A DNA stretch of 62,291 bases, filler included, from Globobulimina sp. (Eukaryota), in assembly GCA_003354225.1 (NCBI GenBank). It is 30 parts of 30 records of this genome, joined end to end, with 100 filler letters (N's around TTAATTAATTAA, not from the genome) between each part and the next. Parts side by side here need not be neighbours in the genome. Positions count along the whole stretch, not along the records: positions 22,896 to 24,874 come from PIVH01010031.1; positions 24,975 to 26,953 come from PIVH01010032.1; positions 27,054 to 29,032 come from PIVH01010033.1; positions 29,133 to 31,111 come from PIVH01010034.1; positions 31,212 to 33,190 come from PIVH01010035.1; positions 33,291 to 35,269 come from PIVH01010036.1; 24 more parts are not named here. One strand, written 5' to 3'. Below are positions 22,896 through 34,675 of this stretch, piece after piece. The first letter of the stretch is position 1. Each line of letters begins with the position of its first letter. The position numbers and the translations under genes were made by a program. The notes below the pieces were generated by a model. That model was not told where the DNA came from and searched no databases. It was given only the letters and a program-made list of their open reading frames with translations.

Positions 22896-24632
22896 ATGGC
22901 CTTCCTCCAACTTGTGGTTGTCTTGTTATATCTTAATTTTATTCAAGAAAAAGAATTTAATTTATATTATACACCAATATTAATATCATTAACGTTATGT
23001 TTTATTGATGTAATTACAGTCTCTTTTGAGAGTGATTCTGTTGTCTTCAATCCGCATCAATATAATATTTGTAAAATATGGTTTTGCCGCTTATTATTTC
23101 GCATTTTTGATATTTCGACACGCATAATCTCGATGGCTTTGTTATGGCTCACTGTCGGTGGATATTTTGTGATTGTGGTGACAGTCTGTGACTTATTATA
23201 TATATTTATTTCATGCATACGTTTACGATTAATTCATAAATCTCGCAAAATAAGCAATGATAATCCAATGTCCCCAATCTCAGCCTCGTCAAAGCGCGGA
23301 GCAAAAGTAAGAATATCGTCAGAATATAAAAATCGAGACTACATTTACAGGCCCAATAGCATCGGCCGATTAATTATCGGACAGGAAATGGAAACAGAAT
23401 CAAACCATTCAAATGATAACGACAGCGACAGCCACAGCCACAGCAGCCATAGCAATATAAACTGTTCATTTTGGTGTACGATGATATTACACATTTTAGA
23501 TTATTATATGAATGGAATGATTATTATTTTGATCTCTTTTCGTTTAGAAGACCGCTCGAGTTTATTTGCGCAGTGGTTTTGGCGGTACAGAGTCATTGGA
23601 AATATTATGTTAATGTCACTAATTTCTGTGTTTGGTCATCTAAATATTTGGTGCCAATTTGTCTGTTTTTATGAACATAGTTATGACTCAAAACTATCAT
23701 TTATTCAATTCAATCCCAATGATTATTATATAGGATTTATTCTATTTATTTATACCTGGACTGCCTGCATTATATTACCTGTCTTGTTTATATATTTAGC
23801 AAATGGCAAAATAAAAACGGATAAATATTCTGCGAAAAACCTAAAAGATATTATGATTAATGGCAACGTGATTGGCATGTTTGAGTTGGAAATATTTGGT
23901 ATTTTTGCGTCGGATAAACATAAAAACCGAGGCATAAATAAGTGTCATGCATACACGTTGACGGCGTGTAATTTAGATTGGACAGAGTTGGAGAATAATA
24001 TTTTAATGCAATATTTATATATTTTGTCGTACGCAAAAGTAGATTTTAAAGAGATTTATGATCCTTTTGATCCGAACAATGATTTACTGAATCAATTATG
24101 TCGAAATAATGCGGATTGTTATCAATGGGTTGAGATTAAAGAAATTCGAGACTTATTAAATGCTAAAAATAGGAGAAATAATAATGACATTATTGCATCC
24201 TGCTGTCAATGTGGCAATTTTCGAATATTTAAATTTATGATGAAACATTTTGGCGAGAAATATTTACTGAAAAATAAGATAATATCATTGCATTATGCCT
24301 TTCATTGTCGTGGAACACCATTTCAAGAAAAACAAGCAAATCGAATTATTGTTTATGTCCTAAAAAATACGGATTACAGAATTGAGCAATTTATTAAGCA
24401 ATACCGGTATGACGAGAATTCGCATGAAATGGTTGGAATTAAAAGAATTATCAAACAGAAATATAATGAAATTGAAAAACTATTAAATTATGAAAAGACA
24501 AAGAGTCGAAATGATAATAATCATTTAGCGGCCGGAACAGAAACAGAATTGTTACAAATACAACTGTCACATAATAGTATAGCTACCATTGAAACTAATA
24601 AAAATGATTCTGATTCTGATGAAATATTTTGA
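22896..24632 (+). CDS. Multi-pass membrane protein (XK-related-like) with degenerate ankyrin-like C-terminus, 5'-partial
   Basis: Several TM helices, FRIFDISTRIISMALLW, CCQCGNFRIFKFMM / LHYA. Confidence 0.55.
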   Translation: MAFLQLVVVLLYLNFIQEKEFNLYYTPILISLTLCFIDVITVSFESDSVVFNPHQYNICKIWFCRLLFRIFDISTRIISMALLWLTVGGYFVIVVTVCDLLYIFISCIRLRLIHKSRKISNDNPMSPISASSKRGAKVRISSEYKNRDYIYRPNSIGRLIIGQEMETESNHSNDNDSDSHSHSSHSNINCSFWCTMILHILDYYMNGMIIILISFRLEDRSSLFAQWFWRYRVIGNIMLMSLISVFGHLNIWCQFVCFYEHSYDSKLSFIQFNPNDYYIGFILFIYTWTACIILPVLFIYLANGKIKTDKYSAKNLKDIMINGNVIGMFELEIFGIFASDKHKNRGINKCHAYTLTACNLDWTELENNILMQYLYILSYAKVDFKEIYDPFDPNNDLLNQLCRNNADCYQWVEIKEIRDLLNAKNRRNNNDIIASCCQCGNFRIFKFMMKHFGEKYLLKNKIISLHYAFHCRGTPFQEKQANRIIVYVLKNTDYRIEQFIKQYRYDENSHEMVGIKRIIKQKYNEIEKLLNYEKTKSRNDNNHLAAGTETELLQIQLSHNSIATIETNKNDSDSDEIF

Positions 24633-24791
24633 ATCTTTAATTTCTTTCCTTATATCTTTTATAATAATAATTATTTATTTTAATTTCTCGACTTGCTCGA
24701 AACTGGTTTATTATTATTGGCTTTGCAATTGTGTTTTTAATTTTAGTGTGTGTTTTTTTTGATGCAATTAAGGTTTGGCTTAGTTTTTGGG

Positions 24792-24868
24792 AAAGTTTTG
24801 GGTTAGCTAGAGTGGTTTTCAACTTCGAATACTAGGTTGAAAACCATTCTAGCTAACCCAAAAACTTT
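24792..24868. repeat. Long palindrome (about 32-bp arms, 12-nt loop)
   Basis: TTTTGGGTTAGCTAGAGTGGTTTTCAAC pairs with GTTGAAAACCATTCTAGCTAACCCAAAA, one mismatch. Confidence 0.85.
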
Positions 24869-24974
24869 GCTAATNNNNNNNNNNNNNNNNNNNNNNNNNN
24901 NNNNNNNNNNNNNNNNNNTTAATTAATTAANNNNNNNNNNNNNNNNNNNNNNNNNNNNNNNNNNNNNNNNNNNN

Positions 24975-25692
24975 TGAAATTGATATTTATTCATTGAAAA
25001 AAGCGTCTGATTTATTGAAATATACAAAGTTAGGGCACGCCTTGCTGCAGTATGGAATTGCAGCTATCTCATATATGATGTTCAAAGAAATGGGTCCAGT
25101 GTTTATGGCTCAAGCATTGGAGTTCAACAGCACTTTTATTGGATATACGCAAGCATTTTCCGGAGTTGTATTGCTTATATTTTGTATTTGGGTGCAACCA
25201 CTTTGTTTGAAGCTATTTAATCATCGCATAATGGTACCGATTTGTGCTATGGCCACTGCACTATGTATGATCTTAATGCCAAGTGTTTATTGGTTTACAT
25301 TGACGGAACAGAATAGCTTTATGACCAAGCCATGGTGGTTATTGATCATGGTGTTTGTTGTTGAATTTATAATAACCTGCACTGTGAGTATTGTGTTTGT
25401 TGTAGCCACCTGTTGGGTGAATAATAGCGTACCAAATATCCACGTAGGCAAAGCAAATGGCATTGGACAAACACTGGCATCGTTTGTGAGAGGTTTTGGT
25501 CCTTTGTTAACTGGATTTATTTGGAGTGAGTCGTACAATCAAATAGAAAGTGATGATACTCATTACGCTGTATATTATGCGTACCTTCCCGGAGCATTTC
25601 TTTATGTCGTTATGGTTTTTGATATCCTGCTTTACATTCCATCAAATCTGCAAAAAACATGGGAGCAAAGGGAGCTTGAGGACAAAAAATAG
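24975..25692 (+). CDS. MFS transporter, C-terminal half (ZIFL/DHA1-like)
   Basis: About six TM helices; GKANGIGQTLASFVRGFGP. Confidence 0.8.
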
Positions 25693-25859
25693 ACCGTATA
25701 AGTCCGTATATATTTATATATTCTGCATGTAATAACTTTCAAATAATTAATGAATTCTTTTGCCTGATTTATAAATTTCAATATCTCACATCGCAAACTA
25801 TTTTCGAGGGCAAAACGTTTAACGAATATTTAATCTTTTTAATAGTTCGACATAGTCTA

Positions 25860-26647
25860 ATGGCAGCACCAAAAACGAAAAAGCCTTCAGTATATGTATA
25901 CAGTTTTGAAATAGTTCAAGCAAATCACTTACCGAATGAAGGTCCATTTTCTGATAAACCAGAGACGTATGTTCGGGTTTTATTGAATTCAAGAATGGCC
26001 ACAACCAAAGTCTATCAAACATCGACTGTCTCATCAGATAATAATCCAATATTTGATGTGTCCGGTTCATTTTTTAGTTGTGATGATGTAAAATCAATTG
26101 AATTCAGAGTATATGACAAGGATACAGGTCCTGGCAATGATGATGATATTATTGGTGTCGCAACGATTCAAAAAAATCAATTTAAAGGTTTTAACATGTT
26201 TTTTTTTTAATTTATGTATGTATAATTTAATAATTAATATAATGTAAAGATAAATTTCAGACATTGTCATTGGTCGGAGATAAATGCGGAGATGGCGCAA
26301 ATCTGACAGTCAAAGTAACGAGACATGAATTTACAGATCCAACATTTACAAAAGACGCAGTTGATGTTTTGAGTGAGAAAATGGGAAATATTGAATCAAA
26401 TATTGACGAGGTAGAAGCTAAAAATGTGGAGCAAGATAATATGGATAAAAGTTTAGCTGCAAAAATAAATATGTTGGAGAAACAGATAAAACTTGGATTT
26501 GAAGATGATTGTAAAGAGCCGGATGACTTAAATGATTTAGGAAAAACAATACAAAACAAATTGAATAATTTGGTGACTAAATCTGAATTGAACGAATTGA
26601 TAAAAGATACCTTAAGCAAATTATTAACAACACCACAGGGCAATTAA
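25860..26647 (+). CDS. C2-domain plus coiled-coil protein; intron 26188-26249
   Basis: ETYVRV, NNPIFD, IEFRVYDKD...DDIIG; a GTTTTA...AAG intron joins the ORFs in frame. Confidence 0.75.
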
Positions 26648-27407
26648 TTGATGATACATTTATAAACACTGTATATACATATCTGTAAAATATAATATAA
26701 TACCATTTTTTATAAATCACATCATTGGAAAATCACATCGTTCTGTGGACATAATTATAATTAATTAATTAAACTTTATCACACTTTTCCGTCAACTTTG
26801 TGAGTGAAACTACAGTATGATCCTTAAAAAAACCGTGTGTCCTTTTGATGAGGTCTTTTTATAAGCATTACAATATTCTTAGGAAGGAGTTCTGTGGATT
26901 TACATCTAAAGTTTATCAACGAAAGCACATTGCTTTCAACTAAAATACTTTGCNNNNNNNNNNNNNNNNNNNNNNNNNNNNNNNNNNNNNNNNNNNNTTA
27001 ATTAATTAANNNNNNNNNNNNNNNNNNNNNNNNNNNNNNNNNNNNNNNNNNNNGTAAAGTATTGAGCAGAACACATCTCTTTAGAAATGATAAAATTGCC
27101 TCTATTCAGAAAAACACTTTCGGATATTGTTTCATCAATGTTTTATACCACGGAACCATATCATCTCATTGACTCATTCATCTGAAGCTATATATATACC
27201 AAAAGCACTATCAAACATATATTTCTTCATTAAATCACCTATATGTGGAGCAAACTATCAATATACATAAAAATTCAGTGGCATGTACTGTATATTAGGC
27301 AAATGACATGAGACACTGTTCTTTAATTAGCCAGCTGCTATTATCTATTACGCAAATTCGAAATTCGGCGCTTTTAAAAAAAATAATAAGATTTACAAAT
27401 AAAAAAA

Positions 27408-29032
27408 ATGATCAACAACTTTTGTTTGATTGCAATTTTATTGCAATTGGTAGTTTGTAGTGCAGCAATGGATGGCATTGATCTCAACATATCTCCAACG
27501 ATTATGTTATGTTTATTTGATGCAGATCATTATAACGAAACGTTTAACGAACAAGACATTGAAGTTGAATGTGATTATTGTATTCCAAAAGATGTTGCTT
27601 TTGCATCTCAGTTGTTACAAGAGCTAATACCAATTGATGATGATTCGAAATACTATCAAATCCCAATCCAATTTCCATTCCCAAAGCAAGACATTAATGA
27701 TATTTTTCAATATCTATTCCCAGCGCAATTAATGACGATTCCTGATTACATAAAAAACGCAGAATTTGAGCAATTTAACAATAAAGATAAGCTGGCAATT
27801 GCTGCTGAACACGAAATCCCTGTTTCATTAACAATGGAGGCATGGGATCGTGCATTATTTGTGTCAGCTGACTTAGCAAATCCATCCGCTTCCATCTCAA
27901 TAAAATCAAAGTGGATTGTAACACATCTTGAACAAGATCCAAATCAAAATTGCAGTTATCTGCGATTAAAAAATATGAAAGAAAAGAAGTATTTAAGATT
28001 TTATGAAGAAGGCAAAAAAGTTGATTGTAGCGGAGGTACACTTGGATGGACAAAATTGAAAGTAAATCATTTTGGAAATGATCGATTTATTATACAATCA
28101 CATTTTTGGCATACACAATACCTATGCCATCGTATGAATATTTGTAGTGATCGAGGTATTGACAGTGCCTCTATATTCATTCTTATTTATCATTATCAGA
28201 GTTATTTTATGGACAAACTTTACGATCAAACATTACCTTTCCCGACATCATTACACTTAATATCACAAATATTCACAATGTCCCACTATTTAAGACATGC
28301 AATGCCTTTACACAAATCCAAAGATGTAATTTTAGCGTATTTAAATAATGATAATTTGATTGGTAATCAAAGTGAATTCGATCATGGATGGATAGAAATT
28401 GGTGTTTGGTACAGCGACATGATTCCATCCATGACATTAAGAGCAAGAATAGATTTATTGCAGTATTTGTCGAGTGGAGCTGGCGGTAATTTTGCAATTA
28501 AAAGTTTTGGTAATGTTGCCGATCAGAATATTATGATTTGATTGAAAGGCGCGATCTCCAACGAATCGAAACATGTTTATCCAACTCAAAAAGTGGAGCA
28601 TTTGATTATGATTTTTTCAAAGTCTTTCCATCTTTGATTGAGAAGAAGCAATGGGATGTGGTCAGTTTATATTTAGATCCATCTTTATCTTCATTTTCTG
28701 CAAAGAGTGCGGACACAAATTATTGGATTTTTCAGCATATTGATCCAAAGGTTCTGAACAGCAGTGGGCTCTCCCACTTATTGCGTTTTGCATTGAAGGA
28801 ATTTGTTGAGTTAAGACGGGATTTTCAATTTTTCGAACTTAGCAGCCGCAGCGCAACGCCAAAGATAAAAGAAGTGGCAATTTATTCTTCCAAATTAGGT
28901 AAATATCTGGATGGCACTACAAAAGCTTTTACAGCAACTGCTATGACGGTTAATTCTCGTTGGACGGTTAGTGTGCTTGGCAGAATAGGTCGCGATGGTA
29001 ATTTGGTCTGTTTTTTACAAACTGTTAATGAA
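27408..29032 (+). CDS. Signal-peptide protein with beta-trefoil-like segments; probable intron 28486-28526; 3'-partial
   Basis: Signal peptide; LRLKN..KKYLRF and IYSSKLGKYL repeats; a 41-nt GTAATT...CAG intron fuses the two ORFs. Confidence 0.5.
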
Positions 29033-29132
29033 NNNNNNNNNNNNNNNNNNNNNNNNNNNNNNNNNNNNNNNNNNNNTTAATTAATTAANNNNNNNNNNNN
29101 NNNNNNNNNNNNNNNNNNNNNNNNNNNNNNNN

Positions 29133-30358
29133 TGCCCTGATCCATGCTCCGCTACAAAAATAGCTCTATTCTCATACACAAACACGTCTTCCGCAGAAGC
29201 AGCTCCATCAAACATATTCCCCGTATAAAAGAGCAATCCATTCGGCGCAACATGGGGTCCTAATGGCTGTATCGCAGCGGTGAACATTTCTGGATTACAC
29301 GTGTTATTAACAAGGGGTCCAAACGCAGGGTCCACAATCAACTCAACCTCTCCATATTGCCGCAAATACGGATCGCCAAATCCAAGTGAATGGCAATAGG
29401 GATATCCAAAATGTTGGCCAATACTCGTTACTTTATTCAATTCACAGTCTGGTTTATCATCGCCTAATATATCAATGTTGTGATCAGTGAACCACATCTC
29501 ATTGGTTAAGGGATGGAAATTGATGCCAACACTGTCACGCACACCATTTGCGACAATGGTCACATTGTCCAAACTCGGATTGTCCATATCATTAAAACAC
29601 ACAATGCTGCCCTGCGGGAACGAAAATTCCATGCAACTGTCACATGGCACACCAAAGGACATACATAAATTGTTGGAGACGGGATGGAATTTCGTAATAT
29701 GCCAACCATGAGTTCGATAATACTGCGACTCAAACCATATGACACAATCGTCATTAATTAAATATTCATCGATATCTTTCGTTCTGGATTGAAATAAAAT
29801 GTCTTCGTTGGATATAGCACATTTATACGTCACACTACATTCTGTAATATACAAATAATTATTAATTCTGTCATATTGAACACTCGTTGGTATGTATTGT
29901 TGATTGGAATCGAATATTTTCAATGTTTTGTCATGAACTGCATCGGATTCATAATCTATCAATGCATAAATCCCTGCTTCTGATTGAAGATCACTATAAA
30001 TCCTTGCTTCTGACGCCACCGTATAAATTATCGTTGCTGTTCCATTAACATTTGCAATTACTTCCATTTGTCGCGGTTCATAGATATTTTCCACATAATA
30101 TTCGACGGAAAAATCGTTAGATAATAAGTTTAACCACGATAAATCATGTTGGCTATCGGAAGATTCTTGGAATACTAAAAAAAAAACAGCCAATATAACC
30201 GCAACAGCAATCACTGCGACTAAAATCAATGAAATTAAGAGTCTTTTAACGGTGCAGAATTGCTGTTTGCGATAATGCTGCGACTCATTATTTTTCGATT
30301 CACTGTGCTCAGTATCCAAGGTTCCATATTTCACAGATGTGGAGCCTGCAGCTGACAT
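29133..30358 (-). CDS. Glucose/sorbosone dehydrogenase (PQQ-type beta-propeller) with TM anchor, N-terminal part
   Basis: HGWHITKF, FGVPCDSC, ANGVRDSVGINFHP, HFGYPYCH, PHVAPNGLLFYTG, FVAEHGS. Confidence 0.88.
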
Positions 30359-30484
30359 TGTGTTGGGCTTACTGAGGTTTTATATTTTCCAGTCAGGGAC
30401 CAAACATGCTCTACTTCGAGCTCACTTTTCCGTAGGTGTGACTGACTCAGTGTTTCATCTTCGTTGGTAATTGTGATTAGTATA

Positions 30485-30670
30485 CTTTAGAATAGGACCT
30501 GTTTGAAACACATTGTTTTTAAAATTACAGTTTGAATTCAAAACATTTCGTTTTGGAAACACTGCCTGTTTATAGCCTATGGGCGTATTTAAAACATGAC
30601 CAGTTTAGAATAAGCTCTTTAAATCAAAAATTTCCAAAAGGCAATATTCTAAACACGTCCTATTCTAAAG
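30485..30670. mobile_element. MITE, 186 bp, TA-flanked (Tc1/mariner-type signature)
   Basis: TIRs CTTTAGAATAGGAC(C/G)TGTTT at both ends, TA on both sides, non-coding interior. Confidence 0.7.
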
Positions 30671-30775
30671 TACTAAGTATGCGTGAATAAGATATATATA
30701 AAGTTCGATTTTTCATGGCGTGTTCAAAAATGAGGACTGTGACAAAGGCCCTCATGCTCTTTACATATACAGTGG

Positions 30776-31111
30776 TTAAAACAAGTCACTATTCACATAA
30801 ACACGAAAAATAGCATCCATCATATCATCTGCCACCAACAACGAGCCATCAGGCAACATTGCTAAAAAGGATGGCCTGCCACGATACTCTCCGTCATGCA
30901 ACCATCCATCCACAAACACTTCATGTCCAATAACGTCACCTTCCTCTCCTAAAAACACCACGCCGACACGATATCCAATATATTATGATCTATGCCCTGA
31001 TCCATGCTCCGCTACAAAAATAGCTCTATTCTCATACACAAACACGTCTTCCGCAGAAGCAGCTCCATCAAACATATTCCCCGTATAAAAGAGCAATCCA
31101 TTCGGCGCAAC
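30776..31111 (-). CDS. C-terminal part of the same dehydrogenase, wrapped around the contig; in-frame TAA at 30983-30985
   Basis: AEHGSGHRS*YIGYRVGVV...GRPSFLAMLPDGSLLVADD..AIFRV; 30993-31111 is identical to 29133-29251. Confidence 0.8.
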
Positions 31112-31217
31112 NNNNNNNNNNNNNNNNNNNNNNNNNNNNNNNNNNNNNNNNNNNNTTAATTAATTAANNNNNNNNNNNNNNNNNNNNNNNNNNNNNNNNN
31201 NNNNNNNNNNNGCAAAC

Positions 31218-32753
31218 ATGTCAGAATCACAACAAAAACAAAAAAAGAAAAAGCAATCTAAATTTCTAAACCAAATGAAAAAATTCTTATTCATGGTGCC
31301 CCAAATCGAAGCACCACCGCCCTCAGAAAACCTCGATTTGCAGGACAAATTATTATGGACACTTGCCTGTTTATTGATATATTTAGTATTATGTGGTACG
31401 CCATTATATGGCATCCGATTGTCGACCATGTCCACCAACGCTGATCCTTTATATTGGTTTCGCCCAATGTTGGCCTCGCGCAGTGGCACCTTGATGGAAT
31501 TGGGTATTTCGCCCATTGTCACCTCCGGATTAGTATTGCAGTTATTAGCTGGCAGCAGAATGATTGCCTCCTACCACGGCGATAAAGAGTACAAAGCCTT
31601 ATTCCAAGCCGTACAAAAATTATTTGCCATTTTAATTACATTGGGCGAGGCCATCGCCTTCATTGCGAGTGGTGTGTATGGCCATTGGTTGTATGATTTG
31701 GGTGTTGGTAATACCATATTAATCCTGATTCAATTATGTGGCGCAAGCATATTATTAATATTATTGGATGAAATCATACAGCGGGGCTATGGCATCGGTA
31801 ATGGGGTTTCCTTGTTTATTGCCACCAATATATGTACAAATATTATATGGAAGACGCTAAGCCCCACTACCATTGACACAGTGAGTGGTATACAGTACGA
31901 AGGCTCCATCATAGCGCTTTTCCATTTGATATTGACCCGGAAATCCATAGTGCCAGCACTGAAGGAAGCATTTTATCGCACAAATTTACCAAATATAACC
32001 AATTTATTTGCCACGATATTAATGTTTATTGTGGTGATATACTTTCAAGGCTTTCGAGTAGATTTACCGGTAAAATCAACAAAGTTACGCGGTACGCACG
32101 GACAGACAAAATATCCCATCAAATTATTTTATACGTCCAATATTCCGATAATATTACACACCGCGTTGGTGTCTAATATATTTTTTTTATCGCAAGTGTT
32201 GACCAATCGTTTTGGGAGCAATATAATCACGAATTTATTTGGTAAATGGAGTGAGAATACGGCATTATCGCAGATCAATAGTGCGTACAATATGGGCAAT
32301 ATGGATTATAACAGTAACAAAGCAATTGGTGGCTTGGTTTACTATATGTCGCCACCGCATAACTTATTGCATTTGCTAACGGATCCAATCCATAGTGTGA
32401 TATATTTGGTGTTTATATTATCGACGTGTGCCTTATTCAGTTATACATGGATAAATGTGTCAGGCTCATCGCCGAAAGATGTTGCAAAACAATTAAAAGA
32501 TCAAGGTTTGGTGATAAGAGGATATAGAGAGAGTGCTACGCATGAAGTATTACGAAGATATATACCAACTGCGGCATTGTTTGGTGGTGTTACCATTGCT
32601 TTGTTGACTATTGTTGCGGATATGATTGGTGCGATTGGTTCGGGTGCTTCTATTCTGTTGGCGGTGACTATTATATTTGAGATATTTGAAACTTATGTTC
32701 GTGAGGCACAAGCACAAGGAATGCAATTAAATATTCCAAATATGGGCTTTTAA
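31218..32753 (+). CDS. SEC61A: Protein translocon subunit SEC61 alpha, complete and intronless
   Basis: ASRSGTLMELGISPIVTSG, SLFIATNIC, YPIKLFYTSNIP, RYIPTAA.FGG, GAIGSG. Confidence 0.97.
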   Translation: MSESQQKQKKKKQSKFLNQMKKFLFMVPQIEAPPPSENLDLQDKLLWTLACLLIYLVLCGTPLYGIRLSTMSTNADPLYWFRPMLASRSGTLMELGISPIVTSGLVLQLLAGSRMIASYHGDKEYKALFQAVQKLFAILITLGEAIAFIASGVYGHWLYDLGVGNTILILIQLCGASILLILLDEIIQRGYGIGNGVSLFIATNICTNIIWKTLSPTTIDTVSGIQYEGSIIALFHLILTRKSIVPALKEAFYRTNLPNITNLFATILMFIVVIYFQGFRVDLPVKSTKLRGTHGQTKYPIKLFYTSNIPIILHTALVSNIFFLSQVLTNRFGSNIITNLFGKWSENTALSQINSAYNMGNMDYNSNKAIGGLVYYMSPPHNLLHLLTDPIHSVIYLVFILSTCALFSYTWINVSGSSPKDVAKQLKDQGLVIRGYRESATHEVLRRYIPTAALFGGVTIALLTIVADMIGAIGSGASILLAVTIIFEIFETYVREAQAQGMQLNIPNMGF

Positions 32754-32913
32754 CATAGCAAATAAGTGATACAACTTTCAACAAACTAACTTCTTCAATT
32801 TCAGATTTATTTATAGTTCTTCGTAGTTGTTTTGATTTGTTCTTCGAAATGCACCCACCCTTTTTTATGTAACCAACAGCCGTTAAAAAAAAGATTAAAT
32901 GTTAAAAATCATG

Positions 32914-33021
32914 AAAATCCATGAAAAGTGATTTGCAAATTTGCAAAAAATACGGAATCATCGAAAATTGTAAAAATATCGTGATGATTTTCTGTGTTTT
33001 CGCAAATTATTCATGGATTTT
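32914..33021. repeat. Imperfect inverted repeat (MITE-like)
   Basis: AAAATCCATGAA...ATTTGCAAAAAATACGGAATCATC versus GATGATTTTCTGTGTTTTCGCAAAT.ATTCATGGATTTT. Confidence 0.5.
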
Positions 33022-33343
33022 AGCCTCTCCTGCTTTTCGAAATGCGTAATGGCCAAATACTTTATTTTGGCGCATCAATAAATCCGATACAATATTTGCC
33101 ACTTCCAATATCATTACATTTTATTTGCCATTCATATTCATCGCATAACTCACGCGATATTATAACGTTTGCAATGCATATATTCCACCCNNNNNNNNNN
33201 NNNNNNNNNNNNNNNNNNNNNNNNNNNNNNNNNNTTAATTAATTAANNNNNNNNNNNNNNNNNNNNNNNNNNNNNNNNNNNNNNNNNNNNGATCTTACAT
33301 ACGATAATATCAAAAAATAATGAATAAAAAAAATAAAACACAA

Positions 33344-34675
33344 TTAAACATATACCAAATGTCCAGCATTATAAACACGAACGAATGTAAAATTAGTATT
33401 GCTGCCTTGTCTTATTTCTCCAGCTACGTTTCCGTTTACATTCCAATCTATTCGCGTTGCGGCATTATACGACTTCTGTCCATTCCATTCCAGTTCCAAT
33501 GTCCACGCTTCGTTCCCAATCCAATTACATACATAGTCCAAATCTCCCGCATATATTAAACCGCGAATGCCGTCATTCAATGGCTCGGTTAAAAGTGGTC
33601 TGGAGTTTGAGCGACTCGCTCCTGAATGCTTTAGAGAATCATGATAATCATGATTTGATTTCTGCCACTCAATGTATGGAGAAACGCCTATTTGTTGCTG
33701 TACCGCCGCGATATTCAACCACGTTTCCAATCGATCCTCGATCGCATCATAATCACCTTCCATGTTTAGATTATATTTATTAACTCCGCGTTCATGCACA
33801 ATGCCATGATGTCTGACGGACGAATCGCAATCTTGTGCCGCAACGCAAGGCTCCTCATCGCCTATTTATTTTGATGAAGCAATGTTGTATTTGTTTGTAT
33901 TACAGCAACAGCAACAAACTTGTACTGTCATACCGGTATCATAACAGATTGCAATTAACGATGTGCAATTTTTCATTTCTGCAGCAGTTTGTTGATATTC
34001 TTGCTTTGTTATTGGCAATTTATGAGTGGGATTGTTGATGGCTGCGGATGAATTATAAGCCATTTCTGCGACGAATGCGGATTGGATCAACGGATCTGTG
34101 TCGCCGTTGCCGATGGCAAATCCTGTCAAAGGGATCGATAGCATTTGATTGGAATTAATATTCTTTTTGTTTTGGGTGTGAATATAATTGACAATGTGAG
34201 GAATATATTTCCCAGCATAAGATTCACCGGATATAAAAAAGCCATTATTGAAATATCGAGGAAACGTTTGCATAAAATGTTGCAAAAATGCATACATATC
34301 TTGTGATATTTCGTCCAATGTTGATACAATCGGACCAGTGGAAAATCCCACATTTGGGGGTTGATCAACAAATATTAAATTTGCATTTGAGTTCCATGAA
34401 TATGGATTGTATATGGTATCATTGATGGAAGTTCCATTATTGGTGAGTTGGCATGGTCCATTTTCTAAAAATAATCCAAACATACTGCTACAACCTGGTC
34501 CACCATTTAACCACATCAATAACGGATCTTTTTGTGGATCTTTTCTTGACTCAAATAGCCAATAGAAATAATAATTGTCTCTTCCATTTTTACTGCCTGC
34601 TTGGATACGGCCACTGTGTTGTTTTACATTTGCGTCACAAATTGTCGGTTCATAGTATGTTGACGAAGAGGACAT
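33344..34675 (-). CDS. Serine carboxypeptidase (S10), with an intron near 33862-33933 and a probable further 3' intron
   Basis: WLNGGPGCSS, ENGPC, DQPPNVGFS, GESYAG, LIYAGDLDYVC, VYNAGHLV. Confidence 0.92.

Noticed and set aside
28486..28541. Programmed frameshift or 17-nt micro-intron (28510-28526)
   Set aside because: A 41-nt GT-AG intron using the same acceptor restores the frame and is closer to the size of other introns.
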